Shown: piece by piece, positions 28,882 through 37,527 of the stretch
How positions within the stretch are numbered: position 1 is the first letter of the stretch
Layout of the letters: every line of letters starts with the position of its first letter
From: an uncultured archaeon
GTDB taxonomy: Archaea; Aenigmatarchaeota; Aenigmatarchaeia; PWEA01; JAGHBM01
Length of the DNA: 64,000 nt
NCBI GenBank assembly: GCA_964584335.1
Contig: CAZOZN010000001.1
Span: 243,882-307,881 of the forward strand
Reading direction: 5' to 3'
Notes under the pieces: generated by a model
The model's database searches: none
Told to the model about the DNA's origin: nothing
The model's input: the letters and a program-made list of their open reading frames with translations, nothing else
Translations under genes and position numbers: made by a program

Positions 28882-28909
28882 TTTTTACTTTGCAATCTAC
28901 CTGTTAACT
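28882..28909 (+). repeat. 28-bp direct repeat copy 2
   Basis: Identical to 25762-25789. Confidence 0.9.
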
Positions 28910-29005
28910 TTTTATTTCAGTTAGTCCAAATAGTATTGTTTAGAGGATTTACGTAATCTGCACTCTAAACTGTGAATAATGGGGATATTATATTGAGTGT
29001 GCTTG

Positions 29006-29022
29006 CCCCCCTGAGGCTCCAT
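29006..29022 (+). repeat. attR core (duplicated tRNA-Thr 3' end)
   Basis: Identical to 17737-17753. Confidence 0.9.
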
Positions 29023-29024
29023 CA

Positions 29025-29054
29025 ACAAAACCTTTCTTCACAAGAAAGTTTTGT
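29025..29054. terminator. Stem-loop directly after attR (original tRNA-Thr 3' flank)
   Basis: ACAAAA-C-CTTTCTT-CAC-AAGAAAG-TTTTGT. Confidence 0.45.
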
Positions 29055-29120
29055 ATTCAAAGAATTATTTTCTATGATAATCCCGAGTGAATTGCAAATA
29101 GTTCTGACTCAAGAAGTTAC

Positions 29121-29137
29121 TCCCAGCCGGCGCACCA
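29121..29137 (+). other. Orphan tRNA 3' fragment (tRNA-Gly-like) TCCCAGCCGGCGCACCA
   Basis: U60, T-stem strand, acceptor strand CCGGCGC, discriminator A, CCA; no cognate 5' part found nearby. Confidence 0.65.
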
Positions 29138-29161
29138 TTTCTGCAACATAATATTTCAACG

Positions 29162-29566
29162 TTACTTTTCTTGGATAATATCTGGGTTATCGAGGATGTA
29201 TCTTTTGGCCCTGTATTCGGCTTCGGGTGTTAATTTAAAACCACCTTCACCATCCGGCATGAAATCAATATCGTTTTCCATATCTTTTTCAATTCTACTT
29301 TTGGCTTTGTCCGTTAACTTGTAATCACCATTTTCGTCTGGAATAAAATCAGAATTTTTTCTCATGTATTCTTTAAAATCATATTCAGCCTGTGGTGTTA
29401 ATGTATAATCACCTTTACCGTTCGGCATAAAATTAGAATCTTTTTTCAGAGAGTCTTTTAAATTACTTTCGGCTTTGTGTGTTAAAATAATTTTTTCGTT
29501 ATCGTTTTTTTTAATTTCTTCATATATACTTTTTATTTCATCGCAAAATTTTTTAACCTCTTCCAT
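29162..29566 (-). CDS. Hypothetical protein with three ~28-aa tandem repeats
   Basis: FMPNGKGDYTLT / FIPDENGDYKLT / FMPDGEGGFKLT. Confidence 0.7.
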   Translation of the reverse strand: MEEVKKFCDEIKSIYEEIKKNDNEKIILTHKAESNLKDSLKKDSNFMPNGKGDYTLTPQAEYDFKEYMRKNSDFIPDENGDYKLTDKAKSRIEKDMENDIDFMPDGEGGFKLTPEAEYRAKRYILDNPDIIQEK

Positions 29567-29625
29567 GTTATCTCTCTCCTACTTCTCTAGATTTTTATTT
29601 AACCGTATTTCATCTATTTTCATGG

Positions 29626-30045
29626 TCAGTCAATGTCGTCTTTTGGTATCAGTATTTTCTCGTTCGGGCCTATCGTAATCCAGTGCCAGTTGTCTCTTGG
29701 GTCGTCATACTCGGGTAGTCTTGTGAAATAGTCGTCCAGAATATTGTGCGTTTTCATGATATTTTCTATTTCCGTTTCCAGTACAAAATCTTTATGTATA
29801 TCTTTTTGTATTTCTTCTGGGGCCTTGCCAAAATATGAAGCTATTTCATTAAGCCTTTTTTCCATATCCCTTTCATATTCATTATTGAATTCCTGTATTC
29901 CGCATGTAGCCTGTCTGAGATGACCCATCAATTGTTCGTACCTGAAAAGCTTCTTTCCTTCTTCATATGTCACTTCTTTATTCTTATCTATTCTGTATGA
30001 AATACTGTTGAGTTCTCTTCCTTCCTGCTCAGTTGTTGGTATCAT
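29626..30045 (-). CDS. Hypothetical protein
   Basis: GAGGTGA RBS, 139 aa. Confidence 0.7.
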   Translation of the reverse strand: MIPTTEQEGRELNSISYRIDKNKEVTYEEGKKLFRYEQLMGHLRQATCGIQEFNNEYERDMEKRLNEIASYFGKAPEEIQKDIHKDFVLETEIENIMKTHNILDDYFTRLPEYDDPRDNWHWITIGPNEKILIPKDDID

Positions 30046-30299
30046 AGCATCACCTCTTATAATATGTCAGAAAAAGATTTAAGCATAAATCCAAACCGGT
30101 TTTCAAAGATATTCGGATTCAAGGTTTTCCATAAAAGATTTTATTTCAAAAAAAAAGGATAAATATGCGTATTCAGGACCCTAAAGATAGACAGTTGTCG
30201 TTTTAGTTAATTTTTTATTTTAGTTATCACAATATATTATTCCAGAGGGATGAATAATTCCTTACGACTTCTGAGAAATTAATTTAGTGGGGGGTTGGA

Positions 30300-30449
30300 A
30301 TGAGAACTGGATTTTGCGAATCCTGTGAAAACTTCAGTCCGTTTCTCAAAAGAGTAGAAGGCCAGTGGCTTTGTTTGAAGTGCCGTGGAGAAATAGAGAC
30401 TATGAATAGGATGCTGGTTAACGAAGAAAGGCCTGTTTTTTTCATTTAA
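30300..30449 (+). CDS. Small zinc-finger protein (49 aa)
   Basis: G-rich RBS; MRTGFCESC...WLCLKCRG. Confidence 0.55.
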   Translation: MRTGFCESCENFSPFLKRVEGQWLCLKCRGEIETMNRMLVNEERPVFFI

Positions 30450-30599
30450 TCGGGTGAAGTAGGTTGGATGATGAAAAAATGAAAGAGGTTTTTGTTAGCG
30501 TTAGTTTTTTAGTTCTTTTTTTTTCTATATAGAATCAGATGATGGAAAAATAATTGAGATATTATATTACAAAATTTCTGCTAAGGTTTATTTTTAGAA

Positions 30600-32795
30600 T
30601 CAAGTAAGAATGTCTTCCCTTGTGGAGTCTGATACGAAAAGAAATGACTTGTTTTTTATCTTTGTTGTTTTAAGTATCGCTTCTATGTCAGATTCGTCAA
30701 AAGGAATTATGTGTATGTCGCCGTCCTGTGCGTCTTGTATTGTTTTTTTGAATTTTCCATTTACTACATTAAAGGACGTGGATTCTGTGGGCAATCTGGC
30801 CTCGTAAACAAGTTTTTTGAGATATTTTCTTGCCTCTCTTTCTTTTTTCTTGCTCACGCACATCCATATTTTTATTTTTCCGTTCCAGTTTCTTTGAATT
30901 TTATATGCCACAAGTGCGGCAAGGTCAAAGTACCTGTCCTCGTAGAAATCTTTTTTTATTGCTTTAGGCGAAATCCACAAGTGAATATCTCTTTCTGAAC
31001 CCAAACCAAGCTCGCTGTCTCTGTCAAATATAACCGTGCCTACTTTTTCTTTTTTGGATATTTTCACGATTTCCTTTAATACAGACTTTGATATCTTGTC
31101 CGGCCTGAATGGAAGGAAAAGGGTGTTGGGTGGGAATGTCTGGCTCTCAATTGCCTCGAGTGAAACCAGTATTGCGTTAACATAATTTTTTGCTTCTATT
31201 GTGGAGAAGCTGGTAAATATTTCTTCTTCGCCGAATTTTTTGACAAGTATTGGAAGATGTTTGAGCTCTTTCTTTATTTGTTTTTTTGTAATCTCCTCTT
31301 TTTCTGGATTTTTCTTTATGTTTTGTGTTAGTTTTAGACCCAAAACTGTCATTGTACCGTTTGGATATAATATTGATTTTATCAGGGGGAAATTTCCAAA
31401 TAATGTTCTGCTGGTCAGAACCGGTACCAATATATTAGGTTTCCATACGTGTTTGGACTTTGGCAGGCTGGTTGTCTTTTTTGCTGCCCATTCAGATAAC
31501 GCCCTGAAAAGACCTGACCTAACGTCACCTTCTTTTTGGTTAAGAACTTTTTGGGCCAGTATGGTATAGCTAAAAATTATGAAAATTATGGCGCCTACTC
31601 CCGCATAAACATTAATTAAAAGTATCATTATGAAAGAGCTCACTGCGCCGTAAAGTGAGACAAATTTTGGTACTCTGAATATTGGCCTGAAACTGACAAG
31701 TCCCAGATGCTGCTCTATGAATACAGATATGTTTATCATTGCGTATGTAATCAGGAAGAATATGGTAAGTATTTGTGCCACAGAGTTAAGGTTTCCCACG
31801 AAGAGTAAAAATATTATAATTGCGCTTGTTACCCAAACCGCATTTCTTGGTTCTCCTTCAGATGTCTTTTTTTCAAGTACTTTGCTCATGGGCAGTATTT
31901 TGTTTTCTGCTAGCGCCTGCAAAACTCTCGGAGCAGCCACCAAAGTTGTTAGTGCGCTTGAAAATGTTGCTGCAAGAATACCCGTTATTGTAACGAAGGG
32001 AAGTGCGGAAAGTTCAACTATTATTAGGTTGTTTTTTAATAGCTCGCCCGGTGTGGCAAAATAACCAATCCAGAGAACCATTATAATGTATATTAATGTC
32101 GTAAAAATAAGGCCTGATATTATACCTTTCGGTATTTGTTTTTTTGGGTCGGTAAGTTCTCCTGACATTCCAATACCGCTCATGAGTCCGGTCACGGCCG
32201 GGAAAAATATCGCGAAAAGAGACCAGAATGGTATGCCTTCGACCGAATTGATAATAGGAACCGATATGTTTCTACCTATTGGGTTTGCTCCGATGAAAAT
32301 TAATATCAAAACAAGACATATAAGAGCAAAAACCGCTATCTGTACTTTTACAGCTATCCTTGTACTAACCGAAACCAGCATGAAAAGAACGAGAAATGCT
32401 CCAAAAGCCACGATTAATTTATCGTGTTCCGGGAACATGAATGTCCATGCTTCAGTAAAACCAAAGATGTAAAGTCCCACTGAAAAAGTCTGTGCAAGAA
32501 ACAGAGGTATCCCCACGCTTCCTCCTACCTCAAGGCCCAGTGTTTTTGTTATTATCGAATAGGCTCCTCCTGCTCCTATTCTTATGTTGCTTGCTATAGA
32601 GCTTAGAGATAGTCCGGTAGATAGTGTAACGGAAACTGCGAGAAGTATTATTATTATTGCTCCTCCGATACCCGCCCCGCCTACAATAAAACCGAGCCTT
32701 AGGAAAAGAATGACTCCTATTATGCTAAGAAAGGTTGGAACGAATACACCGGAGAAGGCGTTAAAACTTCTTGAACCAGTTTTTTTATCGGCCAT
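30600..32795 (-). CDS. Cation-chloride cotransporter (SLC12/CCC family)
   Basis: GVFVPTFLSIIGVILFLR, GAGGAYSII, FFPAVTG, KHVWKPNILV; cytoplasmic C-terminal domain. Confidence 0.9.
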   Translation of the reverse strand: MADKKTGSRSFNAFSGVFVPTFLSIIGVILFLRLGFIVGGAGIGGAIIIILLAVSVTLSTGLSLSSIASNIRIGAGGAYSIITKTLGLEVGGSVGIPLFLAQTFSVGLYIFGFTEAWTFMFPEHDKLIVAFGAFLVLFMLVSVSTRIAVKVQIAVFALICLVLILIFIGANPIGRNISVPIINSVEGIPFWSLFAIFFPAVTGLMSGIGMSGELTDPKKQIPKGIISGLIFTTLIYIIMVLWIGYFATPGELLKNNLIIVELSALPFVTITGILAATFSSALTTLVAAPRVLQALAENKILPMSKVLEKKTSEGEPRNAVWVTSAIIIFLLFVGNLNSVAQILTIFFLITYAMINISVFIEQHLGLVSFRPIFRVPKFVSLYGAVSSFIMILLINVYAGVGAIIFIIFSYTILAQKVLNQKEGDVRSGLFRALSEWAAKKTTSLPKSKHVWKPNILVPVLTSRTLFGNFPLIKSILYPNGTMTVLGLKLTQNIKKNPEKEEITKKQIKKELKHLPILVKKFGEEEIFTSFSTIEAKNYVNAILVSLEAIESQTFPPNTLFLPFRPDKISKSVLKEIVKISKKEKVGTVIFDRDSELGLGSERDIHLWISPKAIKKDFYEDRYFDLAALVAYKIQRNWNGKIKIWMCVSKKKEREARKYLKKLVYEARLPTESTSFNVVNGKFKKTIQDAQDGDIHIIPFDESDIEAILKTTKIKNKSFLFVSDSTREDILT

Positions 32796-32862
32796 AAATA
32801 TTCCTTTTATTATTTAATTTGTTTAAATAATATTCTAGTTTGTTTTTAAAAAAGAATATTTT

Positions 32863-33057
32863 TTATAAAGGTTCCTTAAGCTTGCTAAGGCCGTACGCTC
32901 TTTTGCATCCGTGACAGTACAGACCGCTTTCGAACATTGGTTCAAGAGTCATTGCATCTATGTCGCCGTCAGAGAAGTCACGTGCATAGTTCCAGGGCTC
33001 GTAAGGCACTTCATGCCCCTCAGGACATATCATGTGTTCATTGTTTCCTGTTTTCAT
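32863..33057 (-). CDS. Small zinc-ribbon protein
   Basis: CPEGH...YCHGC. Confidence 0.6.
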   Translation of the reverse strand: MKTGNNEHMICPEGHEVPYEPWNYARDFSDGDIDAMTLEPMFESGLYCHGCKRAYGLSKLKEPL

Positions 33058-33100
33058 CTTATCAGTTAGATTAGGTGAGAAAAAGATTTAAGCATATTAC

Positions 33101-35101
33101 CTACAATTCAATAATTTTTCCATTCATTTTGTAATTCTTTGGCATCATTACAACTCCTTTAAAAAGTTCTAGCGGGCTGTAGCTTTCTTTGAACGATTCA
33201 AGATAATATCTATTTTTCAAAACAGAAACTCTTCTCTTATGCTTGACTTTTATTTTATCTTTTGAGTCTCCGTTAAAATGGTATCTCATCTCCCTGCTCA
33301 TTCTGCTGTAATTGTCGTTGTTGTAAATAATGTATTCCGCTCCCTCTTTCTTTGCCCATTTCTTCACTGTTTCTGCAACATATTCGCCTACAGAATAGTC
33401 ATTTACCCCGTCTTTGTCATCAAGAGTGTCATGGCTTCCTTCAAACGAATCAATTACTATACAATCTTTGCCTTTGTATTTCGCTTTTGCAGCGACGGCC
33501 CTCAACATTCTCTTATTGTTTCTGTGAAAATCTATCATTTCTACATTCGGGTCTGTTATGTATTCGGGACCTTGCTGAGGCATTGTACAGCAATAAAGTT
33601 CTTCATCCAAACCCATATCCTTTCTCGGGTCTCTGTCCCATTTCTTTGCAACTATCTTTTTTGTGTTAGAAAAGTAATTTGCAATCATGTATTGGTCTTC
33701 CGGTTCTTCTAGAAGATAAATTAGGTCTTCTATTCTATTCATTTCTCTTTCTCCTGCAGAGGGATCTATATTATTATAAATTATTTCGAGAGCTTCCTTG
33801 TGTTTATTGTCATCTATTTTCTTTCCTTTCAAAAGACCGTTTTTTCTTATTTCGTGGAAAATATTTTTTGGGTCCTTGCCTCCAAGAATTCCTGGATTAT
33901 TTCTGAGAACGTATCTTTCCATTTTCTTTGATTCTTTTATTGGGTCAAATTCAGAAATTTTTTCTGTTTTTTTCTTTTCTATATCATATATTGATAAGAT
34001 TTCTGGTTCTGCCCATTTTTTATAATAATCGTCTGTAAGTACTTTTACCAAAAGTTTTTTATTTTCTGTTTTTTCAATAGCTTCCTTTACAAAAGGATAG
34101 TACGGAGAATTTTCCCTTATTTCGTTTGTCTTTTTAACAAAATTTTTGATGGAATTTTTTGTAATAGGTATTCCGTCTTTTGAATTGTAAAGACCGGTTA
34201 TACCATTAAACCCTACTAAACCACATCGAGCTGCTGTAAGACCCATATCACCGTCAAGATAACTGTTTACAGCCAGAGCTCCGAATATTCCTGCAACAGC
34301 TACATTTGGAAGACCCAATAATGCAGTTTTTTTGAATTTAATTGAATCTTCCAAATTTTCATAAATTTCCCAGTCTTTTATGAATCTGTCAAGATATTCT
34401 TCCGTTTTTTCAACATCTTCAAGTTTGCATTTGCTTATTCCGTGCATTTCCTCTTCCAATACGGGACCAATTGAGAATGCGTTTGTTTCATAACCGAATA
34501 TTGTTGCTTCGTCTTCTGTCTTTAAGTTTCTTATTTCTATGTCTAAATCATGTATTTCCTGTTCGCATGACGCAATTTTTCTTGCAAACCTGTTTGAAAA
34601 ATTTTCTGCATAAACTCCTTTTCCTTTTCCGGGATAAGTTACGTCAAGAGCTATTGCCATTTTAGGTGAATCGTATCTTCTATCAATATAATTTTTTGCG
34701 CCTGCTCCCAACCCCATTCCACATTCTTTTTCCTCGTCAACTGTAAATAAAAAAGTAGTTCCGCTGTCTACCGGCGCTTTTTGTGCCAGTCCCACGTTTA
34801 TTGCATCACCAACAGAATTATCTAAAGTCCCCTCAAATTCTACACCGCTCTTTGTGTTTTTTGATTTGAAGGAGTAGTCTTTTTTGTTTTCCCATACTGT
34901 ATCCATATGCGATGAAATGAGTAAGGATGAAGATTTTCCTTTGGTGAATATTACGTTTCCAAAATCGTCTTCTCTGACCAGACCTTCAGGTATATTTGAA
35001 AGGTCATTTATAATCAAATCTCTTCTGGGTCCTTCATCTACATAGAAGGGAGCCTTGGTATATTTCTTTATTCTTTTAATCATTTGATTCAATTCCCACA
35101 C
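33101..35101 (-). CDS. M28/M42-like zinc peptidase domain fused to TM hairpin and unknown C-terminal domain
   Basis: SSHMDTV, TLDNSVG, TVDEE, ALDVT, EMHG metal ligands. Confidence 0.7.
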   Translation of the reverse strand: MWELNQMIKRIKKYTKAPFYVDEGPRRDLIINDLSNIPEGLVREDDFGNVIFTKGKSSSLLISSHMDTVWENKKDYSFKSKNTKSGVEFEGTLDNSVGDAINVGLAQKAPVDSGTTFLFTVDEEKECGMGLGAGAKNYIDRRYDSPKMAIALDVTYPGKGKGVYAENFSNRFARKIASCEQEIHDLDIEIRNLKTEDEATIFGYETNAFSIGPVLEEEMHGISKCKLEDVEKTEEYLDRFIKDWEIYENLEDSIKFKKTALLGLPNVAVAGIFGALAVNSYLDGDMGLTAARCGLVGFNGITGLYNSKDGIPITKNSIKNFVKKTNEIRENSPYYPFVKEAIEKTENKKLLVKVLTDDYYKKWAEPEILSIYDIEKKKTEKISEFDPIKESKKMERYVLRNNPGILGGKDPKNIFHEIRKNGLLKGKKIDDNKHKEALEIIYNNIDPSAGEREMNRIEDLIYLLEEPEDQYMIANYFSNTKKIVAKKWDRDPRKDMGLDEELYCCTMPQQGPEYITDPNVEMIDFHRNNKRMLRAVAAKAKYKGKDCIVIDSFEGSHDTLDDKDGVNDYSVGEYVAETVKKWAKKEGAEYIIYNNDNYSRMSREMRYHFNGDSKDKIKVKHKRRVSVLKNRYYLESFKESYSPLELFKGVVMMPKNYKMNGKIIEL

Positions 35102-35189
35102 CTTATTTTCACTATATGGTAGTTATACAAATAAAGTAGAAAGCTTAAATACTTTTCGTTACTTATATATAGTAACATAAGGTGCTTTA

Positions 35190-35630
35190 ATGGTTACACT
35201 TGGTGAGACAAAGGAAATTTTAAAGAAATTGGGGGCTAAGAATTATAATTTTGAATATGTGGGAACTCCCGATGGAATAGAGGTAATTGATTCGAATGCC
35301 AGTCCTGAGGAAAATAAAGTCAGGATGCTTTTTTCTTCATCAAACATTGACGAACTTACAAAGGAGAAAAGTATAACACTAAAGCCCCGGGATGGTGGTG
35401 ATGTTTATTCCACCGGCCCTTTTGGTTATATTCACATATCTCCTAAAAAGGGAATAATTGACCTGGAGAAATTTGATGACAACTACGTTTTAAAGGTTGG
35501 TGACATAGCCAAGGAATACGGCCTTAGATTTGATGAAAATCTGGCTGAAGCCTATTCTGATGCTGTAAACAGAGAAATGGAAAGGTACGAAAGTTTTGGC
35601 AAGTTTCTTGATAGAATAGAGAAGGATTAA
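35190..35630 (+). CDS. Hypothetical protein
   Basis: 146-aa ORF, GGTG RBS. Confidence 0.65.
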   Translation: MVTLGETKEILKKLGAKNYNFEYVGTPDGIEVIDSNASPEENKVRMLFSSSNIDELTKEKSITLKPRDGGDVYSTGPFGYIHISPKKGIIDLEKFDDNYVLKVGDIAKEYGLRFDENLAEAYSDAVNREMERYESFGKFLDRIEKD

Positions 35631-35660
35631 TTTTTTAAATAGTCAAAACAAACTGTTTTT

Positions 35661-36476
35661 ATGGTAGAACATTCAAAGGTTGTTAAAGAAGGCTTTAAAT
35701 TTTCTTTGGACCCAAAGAGATGGCTTCCTTTTTTTGTAACCGACTCTTTGTTTTTCATGATAGTTATTGGTTATGTTCTGATTAATCTTTTTAAGATGAA
35801 ATTTATTTTTTCAAAGGGAATAAATGAATTCTTGATGTTTTCTTCTGTTCTTGGAATGATGACTGTTCTGTTTTTTGTTTTAATCTTGTATGCCCTGGTA
35901 AGAATTTATATACAGGGTGCGCTAATACACCAGTCTATTAAACCAAAAGAATTCGACAAAAGCTGGACCATATCCAAGAAAAGGTATCTTTCTTTATTGG
36001 CAACGGTCTTTATGATAGCTTTAATATCATCTCTTGTAGGCATGGTACCTTATATAGGCTGGATTTTTTCTATAATAGTTAGCCTTGTTTTCTTTTTTGC
36101 TTTGCCTGCTGTTATATTGGATAAAATTGGATTCAGCGATGCTTTATCCAAATCTTACAATATTTTCAGGAAAAAGGCTGGCGATGTTTTTGTTGTATGG
36201 CTTATTATAGCAACTGTTTCGATGGTAATATTTTTCATATTTTCAATACCATTGTTTTCCGTCTTATTTACGATGTTCTTTCCTTTCATTATAGGGGCTA
36301 GGAATTCTATGGGTCCTGAAGTTATTTCGCTCTTGGTATCGGGAGTATGGATATTGGTTCCGTCATTTGTAATATTGTTTATAGGAAACTCTGTAAGCAA
36401 GGTTTTTGGTATTTACGCTATTTCCAATTTTTATCAGGAATTTAAGAAAAAGTCAAAAAGAAAGAGAAAAAAATAA
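35661..36476 (+). CDS. Multi-pass membrane protein
   Basis: About 6 TM; ALPAVILDKIGFSDALSKSY pattern. Confidence 0.75.
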   Translation: MVEHSKVVKEGFKFSLDPKRWLPFFVTDSLFFMIVIGYVLINLFKMKFIFSKGINEFLMFSSVLGMMTVLFFVLILYALVRIYIQGALIHQSIKPKEFDKSWTISKKRYLSLLATVFMIALISSLVGMVPYIGWIFSIIVSLVFFFALPAVILDKIGFSDALSKSYNIFRKKAGDVFVVWLIIATVSMVIFFIFSIPLFSVLFTMFFPFIIGARNSMGPEVISLLVSGVWILVPSFVILFIGNSVSKVFGIYAISNFYQEFKKKSKRKRKK

Positions 36477-36541
36477 TTTATTTCTAAAAATTAATTCTTG
36501 ATTAATGTTAATTTTATAAAGGGATGTGAGAATATCTTAGT

Positions 36542-36832
36542 ATGACTAGAGGTGTTTTCAGTACAATTCTTGTTTTGGCTCTGGGCATTATCATGGTTTT
36601 GCCCTCTGATTTTAACTTGGTTGTCATGATAATAGAATTTATCTCTTATCCTGTTTGCCAGTACGAGTTCAACAAGATTTTTTGCGAACAAATACCTCTT
36701 CTTGTTTTGATTATAAAGGTTATAGGTGTTTTGATAATCATTAGCGGTATACTAAGCATATACAACATAAAAAAACAGAAGAAGCCCCCAAAGGAAAAAA
36801 AAGGCGAACAGAACCGGATACGAGAAGATTAG
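36542..36832 (+). CDS. Small membrane protein
   Basis: Hydrophobic segments. Confidence 0.55.
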   Translation: MTRGVFSTILVLALGIIMVLPSDFNLVVMIIEFISYPVCQYEFNKIFCEQIPLLVLIIKVIGVLIIISGILSIYNIKKQKKPPKEKKGEQNRIRED

Positions 36833-36874
36833 ATTTATTTTTAAATTCTAAAATTAAAAATTAATTGTGTAAAA

Positions 36875-37204
36875 ATGATTAGAGGATACCTTTATAGAAA
36901 ATTTATAGAAAAAAAGAAAAGAAAAAAGAAGAAAACAAAGAAAAATAAATCTGCAAGGAAGAAAAAGATAAAGAAGAGACCAAAAAAGGAAATGCATAAT
37001 GTACATGAAAACCCAAGCTTATTCGCGGGTATAATAATCGGTCTTTTGGGTGGTGTTTTAGGAAATCTTTTTGTTCTCTCGTCTCAGGGCTTTATGAATA
37101 CTCTTAGCATTGGCAACGAATTCTTGATTTTGGCTGTATCCCTTGGCGGTTTTGTTGTTGTAATCTGGTTTTTGTTCTCATTATTGAGAAAGTCTATGTA
37201 TTAG
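36875..37204 (+). CDS. Small membrane protein with basic N-terminus
   Basis: MIRGYLYRK, Lys-rich stretch, 2 TM. Confidence 0.6.
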   Translation: MIRGYLYRKFIEKKKRKKKKTKKNKSARKKKIKKRPKKEMHNVHENPSLFAGIIIGLLGGVLGNLFVLSSQGFMNTLSIGNEFLILAVSLGGFVVVIWFLFSLLRKSMY

Positions 37205-37211
37205 TGATAAT

Positions 37212-37472
37212 ATGCTTAAGGGTTATCTATACAGAAAAATTAAAAAAATGGAAAAGATATGCTCTCTTTGTGGCAGGCGCATAGGTTTTCTCACAAAACA
37301 CAAGAAACTTTATGGAAAGAGGTACGTATGCGGCGATTGTTTAATGAGAGAGAAAGAGGAATATAAGAAAAAAGAAAATATAGACAGCAAGGCGAGAATA
37401 GAGAACGAAAAGAAATTCAGGAAAATTCTGCATAAAAAATTGAAGGAAGTTAATAGCAAGTACGGGGATTAA
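37212..37472 (+). CDS. Small zinc-finger protein
   Basis: MLKGYLYRK; CSLCG...VCGDC. Confidence 0.65.
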   Translation: MLKGYLYRKIKKMEKICSLCGRRIGFLTKHKKLYGKRYVCGDCLMREKEEYKKKENIDSKARIENEKKFRKILHKKLKEVNSKYGD

Positions 37473-37527
37473 TGAACTATTTAAATAAAAATATTCTTAT
37501 TATTTTATCTTAAAAGAGGGGATATAA

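Larger units (their letters stand above)
17737..29022. mobile_element. tRNA-Thr-integrated genomic island (~11.3 kb)
   Basis: 17-bp direct repeat of tRNA 3' end, adjacent intact tyrosine integrase, visibly more AT-rich cargo. Confidence 0.9.

Noticed and set aside
25762-28909. 28-bp repeats as CRISPR repeats or IS ends
   Set aside because: Only two direct copies 3.1 kb apart; no spacers, cas genes or transposase
28938-28970. Classical integron attC site
   Set aside because: GTT...AAC order is opposite to RYYYAAC...GTTRRRY, and no IntI-specific features were recognised in the integrase
17795-29022. Provirus or conjugative element
   Set aside because: No recognisable capsid, packaging ATPase, Rep/MCM/primase or VirB4; integrase is not split SSV1-style
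30610-32817. Multiple plus-strand ORFs over the CCC transporter
   Set aside because: Antisense shadows of a hydrophobic membrane-protein gene
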